From Bacteroidaceae bacterium (GTDB taxonomy: Bacteria; Bacteroidota; Bacteroidia; Bacteroidales; Bacteroidaceae): a stretch of DNA of 64,000 nucleotides. Shown here in pieces: positions 28,668 to 38,032 of this stretch. The notes under the pieces are model-generated. The model saw only the letters and a list, made by a program, of their open reading frames with translations. It was not told the origin of the DNA and made no database searches. Both the position numbers and the translations under genes were made by a program. Numbering within the stretch: position 1 is the stretch's first letter; each line of letters starts with the position of its first letter. Location of the stretch: assembly GCA_045643405.1 (NCBI GenBank), contig JAZUKS010000084.1:1299-65298 (forward strand), given 5' to 3'.

Positions 28668-31600
28668 ATGATGAAGAGAGTCATTTTTTCGATTGCTAGC
28701 ATGCTGATTTGTGCAGTAGCTTTCTGCGCTCAGTTTGAGTCGGGTAAATACTACCGTGTTTTGAATGCCAGTTACAACGGTTACGCTTTGGAGGAAGACT
28801 ACCTTTCAAGCAATACCGTCTGCAAGGAAACCGGTTCGGCAACCGATTACCAGCAGATGTGGCTCTGGAACGGAAGCACCCTGCAGAATGTCTACACAGG
28901 TCACTACATCCAGCCCCAGGGCTCTACCAGTAGTATCTTCAAGACGGGCACCACAAGTTCTACCATCACGGTCACCAAAGGTGCCAATGGCACCTATAAA
29001 CTGAAGTGCGGTGGCAACACCATGCATTGCGATGCCAGCAAGAATGTGGTGAAATGGGAACCCGAAGCAGATGCCAGCTACTGGAGTATCGAAGAAGTGA
29101 GCATCACGAAAGAGGAGGTGAGCGCTGCCAGAAAGGTCTTCAACGAATGGGAGAAAGGCGAAAACGAGTTTAAGTCGCAATTGTCGAAACTCCAGTCTGC
29201 CAAATACACGGCTCTCAGCACCTTCTTTACAGACAAGGCATGTACTGAACTGAAATCAGAATACAAGACCCAGAGCGACGAAGACCTCAAGCTTGCGGTT
29301 ACCAAGGCTGGTCTGCCCGAGCAGATTGCTGATATTGCCGTCAAGGTGAAGAACGGTTGGAAAGACGAAACCGACGCATCGATGTCGGCAGAGTTCCGTG
29401 TGCAGAACTACGGTGCTTACGCCGCAGCAGGCATCTGGCGCTGGAACAGCAACGACGGCAAGGGACTCAATGCCAGTCAGATTAGCGACATGAACAACCC
29501 CACCGGCATCTACACAACCGGTCGCGACGTACTCTTCGTATTCGTGGAAGGCACCGTGCCTTCGGGATGCGAACTCCGTCTCAGTTCGGTTAGCGAAGGC
29601 ATCAGCGGATTCGGTTACAACAACTACGACAACGGTACCGTACTGAAAGAGGGCATCAACATCATCGGCGCAGAGGTTGACCTTCGCGAGTACTGGGTGA
29701 TGTACACCGTGACCAACAAGAACCTGAAGCCTGCCGACATGGACAAGATAAAGATTCACATTGAGGGAGGTCACGTCATGGGCTACGTCAACTACTACCC
29801 CAACGACGAGGAAAAGACCAATGCAGAATACAAGAGAATTCTGCTGGCAGCCAATGCCTCGGCCAATGCAAGCGGAGCAGACAAGTGCCGACTCCGCATG
29901 GCAACACGCGGTGAATACGGTTTGTTCTACTGGCAGATAATGTGCTACAACCTGATATGGAGCGACGGTAGTGCCAACCTGCTGAAGAACAAGGCATCGT
30001 GCACGTTCGAGGCGGAGAAGTTCAACAGCACCTACTACAAGAACGGTTACGGCTTCAAGATATGGAAGAGTATGAGATTCTACGACAACGTGCTACACCA
30101 GGAGTGGGCAACAATGGGTATACTGAAGGATGTTGCCGATGCTGACGCCAGCAATGCCGTGTACAACTGCTTCGGAGGCCAGGACCTCTACCCCACCTAT
30201 TGCAACTGTCACGCCTACACCATCATGGGTACACAGGGCGGTAACCCACACTCATCAACAGGATACACACACATGCCCGGAGTTGGTGCGGTGGAGAGTT
30301 CGTACAACGGCGAGCGTGCCGACTTCGACGTTTGGTGCGTTGGTCACGAGAGCGGTCACAACAACCAGGGCGCCATCAACCTGCAGAGTTCTACCGAATC
30401 GAGCAACAACCTCTTCTCGAACATCATCACATATTACTACGGCTACCGCATGAGCCGTGGCGGTACCATCAGCGACAACGAGGCATACTTCCAGAATGGC
30501 ACGCAGTTCTCTCTACGCGACATTGGTATGACCATGCGCATGTACTACCAGCTTTATCTCTACTACCACGTAGCAGGATACAAGAAGGACTTCTACCCCA
30601 CCCTGTTCACGGAGTTGCGTGCCGATGCCATGAACCTGAACTCGGGCAAGGAGAGTTGGCTCAAGTTCTACCAGAAAGCTTGCCGTGCGGCAGGCGAAGA
30701 CCTTACCGAGTTCTTCCGCTTCTGGGGCTTCTTCGAAGCATTCGACACCACCACATTCGGTGACTATACCAACCATACACTTAGTCTCAGCCAGGCCACC
30801 ATTGACGAGGCAATTGCCGAGATTAAGGCAGAAGCCAAGGAGAAAGGCTGGCGCGAGAATCTTGAAATCATGTTTATCGACGACCGTTCGCAACTGCGCC
30901 CTCGTACCGACATCTGGGCAAGCAACGAGACCAATGCCAGCAAGCAGATGAAACCCGACAACAGCGGTACATGGAGAAGTCTGGAATACATGCTGAACTA
31001 TACCGGCGAACTGGGCGACGTACTGACCTACACCCAGGACGCAGAGAAGGCCAGCTACAGCTTTACAGCCAGCGGATCGAAGATTCAGATGAACGGCAAG
31101 GGCGGTGTTGGTTTCCTCGTATGCGACAAGGAGGGCAACATCGTTGCACACAGCAACCACTATGCGTTCACGCTCCCCTCGCAGATTGCCACCAGTGCAT
31201 TCACCATCAAGGCCATCAATGCTGATGGAACTATGGTTGAGGCAACCAACGAAACCGGTACAGAGCAATATCGTGAGGCACTGCAGAATGCCATCACCGA
31301 AGCCAACAAGATATTGGCATTGGTTGACGAAACCGGTACCAAGATGGGATTCTACAAACCCGAGCAGGTGAGCACACTCAAGCAGTTGGTTGAGGAAGGA
31401 AAGAGCATCCTGACAAGCAACGAGGAGAGTGCATACCTCAGCAAGTACAACGAAATAGCAGTGGAGACCAAGCGCATACTGGATGACGAAAACGTGCAGA
31501 AAGTGACCAACACCGGCATCTACCTCATCCAGAGCAACCGCAACAAGACACGCTATCTGGACGGTCAGGACAAACTGGTAGCAGTAACCACCAAGAACGA

Positions 31601-32798
31601 ACAGCAACAGTGGGCATTCATTGCTACCAAAACTGCCGACACATACTACATCCAAAACATGAAGACACATTGCTTCATGGCTCCCGTTATCGACAGCAAC
31701 AGTCAGAAACTCACGGGTTGGTCCGTCAGCAACGACAAACTCGAGGATGCAGGAACATTCACGTTGGAAGAGGCTGGTTCTGGTTCGTTCTACATCAAGA
31801 CAAATGGCGTGGAGAAGGGCGACTACTACATGAACATTGACCCCAGCAACAACATGGCGGTATGGAGTGCCGATGACGGTTCGAAATGGAACATCATTCG
31901 CATCCAGGAGATTGAGGAGTTCACCGACAAGGATATGAAGACCTTGATGGCCAACACCAACAGCCTCATCAACGAAGTCTGCACTTACAGCGTCAAGAAC
32001 GACCCCATTACCGTACAGAATACCAATGCCGACGCACCCTATTACATCTCGAGCAATGCTTCTGCTGGAATAGAGGATGCACATAGTCTTGACTACATGA
32101 TTGACGGTAAGAGCAACACCTACTTCTCAACCATTGGTGCTACTGTCAAAGCCAAGCGCTTCGTAACCCTGACACTGGGCAAAGGCAACGAGTTGTCTGA
32201 AATGAGAATCTTCTACCGCACCGCCACAGGTATGCACAACTACAAGCCTACAGAGATTCTGGCAAGAGCAGGAGAAACGACGTCAGCACTCAAGAACATT
32301 GCAACACTCACAGGATTGCCCAGTTCGAAGACCGCAACAGAGACCTATACCAGTCCTGCACTGGTGGCAGAGACTCCTGCCAACGTTTGGCGCTTCGTCA
32401 TCAACGCCACCAACAACGAGGACGCAGGCACGTATCCCGACTTCGCCTTGGCGGTAATGAAGTTCTACAATATTGCAACCATCATTGAGCTGAATGCCGG
32501 TTATGAGGCAGTAGACACTCAGCTCATCAAGAATGCGAAGAGTGAGAGCGAGAATGCTGATGAACTCTTGCAGACAAAGACGACTCCCCTCATCAACTAT
32601 TATCAGTACAAGAGCCTGCTCAAGGCATACGAAGCATTGAAGGAAGCTTCCGAGGCAACCGGAATCGACTTTACCGAGGCAGAGCCTGTGCAAGACAATG
32701 CCAAGAGTGGCATCTACGACCTCAACGGACGCAGAGTGGAAAAGGTCACCAAGAGCGGTCTGTACATCATCAATGGCAAGAAGTTGATGGTAAAATAA
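28668..32798 (+). CDS. Giant T9SS-secreted M60-like (enhancin/mucinase-type) zinc peptidase with lectin-like and discoidin-like domains
   Basis: 1376 aa with a signal peptide. The zinc motif VGHESGHNNQGAINLQSSTE (HESGH at nt 30345-30359, with a Glu 12 residues after the second His) fits the M60-like HEXXHX(8,28)E. A discoidin-like DYMIDGKSNTYFS lies near the C-terminus. The CTD is SGIYDLNGRRVEKVTKSGLYIINGKKLMVK. Confidence 0.7.
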   Translation: MMKRVIFSIASMLICAVAFCAQFESGKYYRVLNASYNGYALEEDYLSSNTVCKETGSATDYQQMWLWNGSTLQNVYTGHYIQPQGSTSSIFKTGTTSSTITVTKGANGTYKLKCGGNTMHCDASKNVVKWEPEADASYWSIEEVSITKEEVSAARKVFNEWEKGENEFKSQLSKLQSAKYTALSTFFTDKACTELKSEYKTQSDEDLKLAVTKAGLPEQIADIAVKVKNGWKDETDASMSAEFRVQNYGAYAAAGIWRWNSNDGKGLNASQISDMNNPTGIYTTGRDVLFVFVEGTVPSGCELRLSSVSEGISGFGYNNYDNGTVLKEGINIIGAEVDLREYWVMYTVTNKNLKPADMDKIKIHIEGGHVMGYVNYYPNDEEKTNAEYKRILLAANASANASGADKCRLRMATRGEYGLFYWQIMCYNLIWSDGSANLLKNKASCTFEAEKFNSTYYKNGYGFKIWKSMRFYDNVLHQEWATMGILKDVADADASNAVYNCFGGQDLYPTYCNCHAYTIMGTQGGNPHSSTGYTHMPGVGAVESSYNGERADFDVWCVGHESGHNNQGAINLQSSTESSNNLFSNIITYYYGYRMSRGGTISDNEAYFQNGTQFSLRDIGMTMRMYYQLYLYYHVAGYKKDFYPTLFTELRADAMNLNSGKESWLKFYQKACRAAGEDLTEFFRFWGFFEAFDTTTFGDYTNHTLSLSQATIDEAIAEIKAEAKEKGWRENLEIMFIDDRSQLRPRTDIWASNETNASKQMKPDNSGTWRSLEYMLNYTGELGDVLTYTQDAEKASYSFTASGSKIQMNGKGGVGFLVCDKEGNIVAHSNHYAFTLPSQIATSAFTIKAINADGTMVEATNETGTEQYREALQNAITEANKILALVDETGTKMGFYKPEQVSTLKQLVEEGKSILTSNEESAYLSKYNEIAVETKRILDDENVQKVTNTGIYLIQSNRNKTRYLDGQDKLVAVTTKNEQQQWAFIATKTADTYYIQNMKTHCFMAPVIDSNSQKLTGWSVSNDKLEDAGTFTLEEAGSGSFYIKTNGVEKGDYYMNIDPSNNMAVWSADDGSKWNIIRIQEIEEFTDKDMKTLMANTNSLINEVCTYSVKNDPITVQNTNADAPYYISSNASAGIEDAHSLDYMIDGKSNTYFSTIGATVKAKRFVTLTLGKGNELSEMRIFYRTATGMHNYKPTEILARAGETTSALKNIATLTGLPSSKTATETYTSPALVAETPANVWRFVINATNNEDAGTYPDFALAVMKFYNIATIIELNAGYEAVDTQLIKNAKSESENADELLQTKTTPLINYYQYKSLLKAYEALKEASEATGIDFTEAEPVQDNAKSGIYDLNGRRVEKVTKSGLYIINGKKLMVK

Positions 32799-32810
32799 CA
32801 AAAACAAAGA

Positions 32811-34469
32811 ATGAGTAAAAACAAAAACAAACAATCAACGGGAGGCAACCGCAGACAGGCGGTTGCCCCTTCGCATACCACAGCAAAAGGTGTTTTGGGG
32901 ACAAAGGCATCCAACCAAGTCCCACCAAAGAAGCGCCGGACCATACTATTGCCCATACCTGTCATCGTTTTCCTGCTGATGTGGATATGGATTGCATGGT
33001 GGCAGGGCGATGTGTTCCGCATGGTTCGCGAGAACAGTTTCTTTGCTACGGACAGTACGCTGATGAACTACGAGATGTGCAAGCCATACGGAATGTTGTG
33101 GTGCTTCGGACGCATGCTACTCACCACCTTCCGCTACCCTTGGCTGGGAGGACTGTTGCTCTCGCTCATCATCACCGCAAGTTGCTGGCTTTTGGGATAC
33201 GCTATGCGCCTGAAGGCAACATGGCGATGGATACAATACCTGCCCATAGGAGTCTTCACATGGATATTCACCTATAACGGACTCAACAACTATTATGAAG
33301 CGGAAAGCGGAAAAGTAATGGGCATTCCCGTCTGCATCCTGTTCATACTATGCGTTTGGGGCATCATCATACGCTCATTCAGCAGGAAACCATCGCCCGC
33401 AGTCATCCGACTGCCCAAGGACGAGACACCCTTGCAAAACCGAATGCAGTTGCTGATTGCCGTATTGGCCATTGCCATACCCATGGTGTATGGTCAGTAT
33501 TCTCGTGCCTACGTACGACCCACAGCACAGATGCAGGTGGGTGTGATGAACCAGGACTGGCAACGTGTCATCGACGTGGCACACGACAATGCAGAGATCA
33601 GTACACGCCCAATGGCGGCCAACTATGCCATTGCCCTGGTGCAGACAGGACAGATTGCCGAGCACATGTTCGACATCCGATTGGACTACGATTCCATCTA
33701 TACCTGCGGACTGAACGGTGAGGTGACCAGCAATGCCAACATGTATGAGATGGAGTGCAGTTACCATGCCGGAATGATGGCTACCGCCTATCATCTTGCC
33801 ATGGAGTCAATGGCGATGGAGGGACCAACCATCCGCAACCTGAAGATATTGTGCAAGGCATCGCTCTTGCAGGGCGAATGGGCTGTTGCAGAAAAGTACC
33901 TGACCATCCTGGATAAGGTTCCTTTTGAAGGCGAGTTCGTAGAGAAGTACCGTCCTATGGTGGGCGATACCGCACGCATCAATGGTGACAGAGAGATGGC
34001 AATGGTAAGACTTACCGAACCCATCCGTGACGCGTTTGAGAACAACTACGTCAAACCCATCTTCCTGGGTTACAATGCCACAGTACTGGAGGCACGTAGC
34101 ATGAACGCACTCTACAATTGCCTGATGGTTCACATCTACACCAAGACATTGGAACCCTTCCTCTACCGTACGCAACCTATGGCGGGAACAACGCCTCCTA
34201 CCAGTTTTGCAGAAGCGCTCACCCTGATGTCGGGAAAGGATCCCAACATCCTAAAGGCATTTAATGGTCTCAACATGCATCGAGACCGTCTGCAGGCATT
34301 CTTCAGCGACACGCAACAGTACATGAGTTCGCCTGAGGAACGAGCCAAGCATGCAAAGGAACTCTTCCCCAAGTACAAAGGATACTATCCTTATTACTAC
34401 TTCTTCGGCAACCTGAAAGCCACCAAGAAGAGTCCACAAAAGGAGAGTTCAAATGCAGGTGTGAATTAA
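32811..34469 (+). CDS. Multi-pass integral membrane protein with a soluble helical C-terminal half (DUF6057-like)
   Basis: 552 aa. Has a basic N-terminal tail and at least six hydrophobic segments in aa 45-230, then a TPR-like helical region. It starts 13 nt after the M60-like stop. The DUF6057 assignment is from memory. Confidence 0.55.
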   Translation: MSKNKNKQSTGGNRRQAVAPSHTTAKGVLGTKASNQVPPKKRRTILLPIPVIVFLLMWIWIAWWQGDVFRMVRENSFFATDSTLMNYEMCKPYGMLWCFGRMLLTTFRYPWLGGLLLSLIITASCWLLGYAMRLKATWRWIQYLPIGVFTWIFTYNGLNNYYEAESGKVMGIPVCILFILCVWGIIIRSFSRKPSPAVIRLPKDETPLQNRMQLLIAVLAIAIPMVYGQYSRAYVRPTAQMQVGVMNQDWQRVIDVAHDNAEISTRPMAANYAIALVQTGQIAEHMFDIRLDYDSIYTCGLNGEVTSNANMYEMECSYHAGMMATAYHLAMESMAMEGPTIRNLKILCKASLLQGEWAVAEKYLTILDKVPFEGEFVEKYRPMVGDTARINGDREMAMVRLTEPIRDAFENNYVKPIFLGYNATVLEARSMNALYNCLMVHIYTKTLEPFLYRTQPMAGTTPPTSFAEALTLMSGKDPNILKAFNGLNMHRDRLQAFFSDTQQYMSSPEERAKHAKELFPKYKGYYPYYYFFGNLKATKKSPQKESSNAGVN

Positions 34470-34478
34470 AGCATTGCT

Positions 34479-34690
34479 CATAGTCACAAGTAGACATAGT
34501 GCATAGTGAAAATCTCACAATAATAAGTAGACATAGTGCATAGTACATAGTCACAAGCGGACAATTCCGCCATAGTGATAAGTGAACATAGCACATAGTG
34601 AAAATCTCACAGCAATAAGTGAACATGTGCATAGTGCATAGTATAGGGCATAGTATAGTGTTGTTTAGTGCATAGTGCAAAGGTCATAGT
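34479..34690. repeat. CATAGT-rich repeat field (13 copies in 212 nt) containing a 33-nt duplication
   Basis: CATAGT was counted 13 times by eye. CATAGTGAAAATCTCACAATAATAAGTAGACAT (34502-34534) recurs as CATAGTGAAAATCTCACAGCAATAAGTGAACAT (34594-34626). Confidence 0.9.
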
Positions 34691-34711
34691 TCTAAATATA
34701 TTATTCAAAGT

Positions 34712-36298
34712 TTGAAATTGAAAAAGTTATTTTATATTATAATAAGTGCAGTGTTGCTGAGTTGTTCAAAGACTGCAGTATTGCCCGGTTCGTTTAGCGA
34801 GCAGGACGTAGAGGCTGATATCTTTCCCGATTACAAGAACGTAACCGTTCCCTCCAACATTGCTCCTCTTAACTTTCAGGTAAAGGACACAGAGGCATCT
34901 GATTTTGTCGTAGAACTTAAAGGTGACAAAGGAGAGGCAGTTCTTGTTGCTTCTGCAGACGAGGGCGTTATCGAGATTGACACCACGGCATGGCGCCAGT
35001 TACTGACGAGCAACAAGGGTGGCCTCATCAAGGTAAACGTGTACGCTCAGCATCCCAACGGATGGACACACTTTAAGACGCATACCATTGAGGTGGCAAA
35101 CGAAGACATCGACCCCTACCTCAGTTACCGCCTCATAGAACCCGGTTACGAACTGTACCGTCAGTTGGGACTCTACCAACGCAACCTCACCAATTGGGAT
35201 GAGCACACCATCTACGAGAACAACCGTGTCTTCAAGGACGAGGACAACCATTGCATCAACTGCCACAACTACCAGAACTACAGCACGCAGAAGATGCTCT
35301 TCCACGTTCGTGCCAAGCATGGAGGTACCATCATGATAGATAATGACAAGGCACACAAAGTGCAGATAAAGGACGCCACCATCCTTACTGCAGGCGTCTA
35401 TCCCAGTTGGCACCCCAAGCGTAATTGGGTAGCATTCTCTACCAACAATACCGGACAGGCATTCCACATCTATCACAAGGAGCGACTCGAAGTGCTGGAC
35501 AATGCCAGCGACTTGCTCTTTTACGATGTTGACAAGAACGAGGTGCGACACATCCTGCGCTCAAAAACAGACCTCGAGACCTTCCCATGCTGGTCACCCG
35601 ATGGTAAAATGCTGTACTACTGTTCGGCAAACGAACCAGGTCTGGCACACACACCCGACTCTCTTGCTCCGCAATACGCGCTTTCTCGCTACGACAGCAT
35701 ACATTACAACCTGATGCGTATGTCATTTGACGAAAACACGATGGAGTTCGGCGAACCCGAAATGGTTGTAGATGCAGAGTCACAGCAGAAGAGCATCTCC
35801 GTGCCACGCGTCAGTCCTGACGGACGATACATACTCTACACACAAGGCGATTACGGACAGTTCCACATCTGGCACAAGTCAAGCGACCTATGGGTAAAGG
35901 ATCTCCAAACAGACTCTTGTTATGCATTGACAGAAGCCAACTCACCCGACGTAGACAGTTACCACACGTGGAGTTCCAACGGACGATGGATAGTCTTCAG
36001 TAGCCGTCGCATGGATGGCAACTACACCCGTCCCTTCATTGCCTATTTCGACAAGGAAGGACGCGCACACAAGGCATTCTGTCTGCCTCAGCAGGATCCT
36101 CGTTACAACGTACTCTTACTCAAGAGTTTTAACGTACCCGAGTTGACAAAAGATGCAGTCCGCATCAGCGAACAGACGCTCCGTGAGTGCATCTACAACA
36201 CAGAGGGTGACAATGCCAAATACATCACGACTCCTCGCACCCAGATGCACGACACCCAAACGGATGCAACAACCGGTGCAAGCGTGAAAGCCAATTGA
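34712..36298 (+). CDS. PD40/TolB-like beta-propeller lipoprotein with a single CXXCH motif
   Basis: 528 aa with a TTG start in the track and lipobox LLSC. PD40-type repeats are WSPDGKMLYYCS, VSPDGRYILYTQ and WSSNGRWIVFSSRR. The motif NHCINCHNY contains CINCH, a possible c-type heme site. Confidence 0.65.
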   Translation: MKLKKLFYIIISAVLLSCSKTAVLPGSFSEQDVEADIFPDYKNVTVPSNIAPLNFQVKDTEASDFVVELKGDKGEAVLVASADEGVIEIDTTAWRQLLTSNKGGLIKVNVYAQHPNGWTHFKTHTIEVANEDIDPYLSYRLIEPGYELYRQLGLYQRNLTNWDEHTIYENNRVFKDEDNHCINCHNYQNYSTQKMLFHVRAKHGGTIMIDNDKAHKVQIKDATILTAGVYPSWHPKRNWVAFSTNNTGQAFHIYHKERLEVLDNASDLLFYDVDKNEVRHILRSKTDLETFPCWSPDGKMLYYCSANEPGLAHTPDSLAPQYALSRYDSIHYNLMRMSFDENTMEFGEPEMVVDAESQQKSISVPRVSPDGRYILYTQGDYGQFHIWHKSSDLWVKDLQTDSCYALTEANSPDVDSYHTWSSNGRWIVFSSRRMDGNYTRPFIAYFDKEGRAHKAFCLPQQDPRYNVLLLKSFNVPELTKDAVRISEQTLRECIYNTEGDNAKYITTPRTQMHDTQTDATTGASVKAN

Positions 36299-36366
36299 AA
36301 CCGCTAACGAGACCAACACAGATAAGTTGAAACAAAAATATGCTGAAACAAAGATTGGCGTACTAT

Positions 36367-36446
36367 ACTGATAACCAACAAAGGTAACTGATAACCAACA
36401 AAGACAACGGATAATTAACAAAGATAACTGATAATTAACAAAGGCC
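36367..36446. repeat. 20-nt tandem repeat x4
   Basis: ACTGATAACCAACAAAGGTA / ACTGATAACCAACAAAGACA / ACGGATAATTAACAAAGATA / ACTGATAATTAACAAAGGCC, contiguous, 72 nt upstream of nagB. Confidence 0.9.
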
Positions 36447-36517
36447 CAGAAGCCCCAAAGGCCACCCTAATGAAACAACCAACAAAAGTACAGGGTTAAA
36501 AGGGGGCAAGAACGATT

Positions 36518-37309
36518 ATGAGAGTAATTATTGAACCCGATTACAACGAGATGTCTCGTTGGGCAGCAGAGTATGTTGCATCAAAGATCAACGAAGCAAA
36601 ACCCACCGCAGAGAAGCCCTTCAAGTTGGGTTGCCCCACCGGCTCAAGTCCCCTTGGTCTCTACAAGCACCTCATCGAGATGTACAAGGAGGGTAAGGTA
36701 AGCTTCGAGAACGTCATCACCTTCAACATGGATGAGTATGTAGGTCTTCCCGAGGAGCATCCCGAGAGCTACCACAGCTTCATGTGGACCAACTTCTTCA
36801 GCCACATCGACATCAAGAAGGAGAATGTTCACATCCTCAATGGTAATGCTGCCGACTTGGCTGCTGAGTGCGCTCAGTACGAGGCTGCTATCGAAGCTGC
36901 AGGCGGGATCGACCTCTTCATGGGTGGTATCGGTCCCGACGGTCACATTGCCTTCAACGAGCCTTTCTCAAGCTTGCAGAGCCGTACCCGCGTAAAGAGT
37001 CTGACCACCGACACCATCATCGCTAACAGCCGTTTCTTCGACAACGACGTTAACAAGGTGCCCAAGACTGCCCTCACCGTTGGTGTAGGTACCGTTATGG
37101 ATGCCAAGGAGGTACTTATCGTTGTTAACGGTCACAACAAGGCTCGCGCATTGCAGCACGCTATTGAGTGTGGCGTAAGCCAGGAGTGGACCATCAGCGC
37201 ATTGCAGATGCATCCCCATGCTATCATCGCCTGCGACGAGGCTGCCACCGATGAGTTGAAGCACGGCACCTACAAGTACTTCAAGGATATCGAGAAGGAC
37301 AACTTGTAA
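36518..37309 (+). CDS. nagB: Glucosamine-6-phosphate deaminase
   Basis: 263 aa. [21 protein letters not shown] and [13 protein letters not shown] are canonical NagB motifs. Confidence 0.95.
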   Translation: MRVIIEPDYNEMSRWAAEYVASKINEAKPTAEKPFKLGCPTGSSPLGLYKHLIEMYKEGKVSFENVITFNMDEYVGLPEEHPESYHSFMWTNFFSHIDIKKENVHILNGNAADLAAECAQYEAAIEAAGGIDLFMGGIGPDGHIAFNEPFSSLQSRTRVKSLTTDTIIANSRFFDNDVNKVPKTALTVGVGTVMDAKEVLIVVNGHNKARALQHAIECGVSQEWTISALQMHPHAIIACDEAATDELKHGTYKYFKDIEKDNL

Positions 37310-37359
37310 TCACAAGACATACATAAGAGGGGAAGCAAACTCCCTCCCCTTGTAAGATC

Positions 37360-37389
37360 ATAATGGCGACCTAGAATGGTCGCCATTAT
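37360..37389. terminator. Hairpin ATAATGGCGACC-tagaat-GGTCGCCATTAT after nagB
   Basis: Perfect 12-bp stem. Nearly the same stem sequence recurs at 38891-38920. Confidence 0.6.
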
Positions 37390-37495
37390 TCGTATAGCAA
37401 GCAGGAAAAACACCCCAACTCTAAATAAATGTTAATTTTCCGTGCAATTGAACATTCTTAACACAAAGAGAAATCTAATGAGAAGAATTTCTGTA

Positions 37496-37503
37496 TATCT
37501 TTG
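37496..37503 (+). promoter_or_regulatory. Candidate -7 box TAtcTTTG
   Basis: TATCTTTG, 46 nt upstream of the ATG at 37549. Confidence 0.45.
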
Positions 37504-37548
37504 TAGTGCGATACAAACAATCATCTTACACCAAAATTAGTATTAGTT

Positions 37549-37851
37549 ATGAAACGATTCTTACCACTCATTATGCTCTTCATAATTGTGATGGGCTCAT
37601 GCGATGGACCTGGCATTGTTAAATTGTCGTCTTACAGCAAATCCGTCATTTTAGGCCCACATCTGCTTGACCCCAACAAAATTGCATGGGATTATTATTA
37701 TTGTGCAGAAGCGAGTTTTCAGAAAGGTAGACTTAAACAAGCGAAAGAGTTCATAGAATATGCCAAGGACTACAAAGAGGATAGCGAACTGAACGAAAAA
37801 TTTGCTAAACTGCAAGCAGCCATAGACAAAGACATCGCAGCAAACAATTAA
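37549..37851 (+). CDS. Small lipoprotein, hypothetical
   Basis: 100 aa with lipobox IVMGSC. The gene is AT-rich. The C-terminal half is helical (KQAKEFIEYAKDYKEDSELNEKFAKLQAAIDKD). Confidence 0.5.
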   Translation: MKRFLPLIMLFIIVMGSCDGPGIVKLSSYSKSVILGPHLLDPNKIAWDYYYCAEASFQKGRLKQAKEFIEYAKDYKEDSELNEKFAKLQAAIDKDIAANN

Positions 37852-37947
37852 ATTAGCGAGAATACCCTTCAGCAAAACTATCTATATTTTGAGAAATCGA
37901 TTGCAAGATAGCTCGATGTATCTATGCGGAATTTTTCCAGTTTAAGA

Positions 37948-37982
37948 AAAATCGGTTAATCGACAATCGATTAACCGATTTT
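37948..37982. terminator. Bidirectional terminator between convergent small genes
   Basis: AAAATCGGTTAATCGA-caa-TCGATTAACCGATTTT. Perfect 16-bp inverted repeat whose A/T runs lie inside the arms. Confidence 0.8.
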
Positions 37983-37990
37983 CTAATTAG

Positions 37991-38025
37991 TCGAATTTCG
38001 TAATTCGTAATTCGGATCTCGCAAT
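37991..38025. repeat. Heptamer tandem array TCGNAAT x5
   Basis: TCGAATT TCGTAAT TCGTAAT TCGGATC TCGCAAT, lying between the terminator and the stop codon at 38033. Confidence 0.85.
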
Positions 38026-38032
38026 TACCCCC

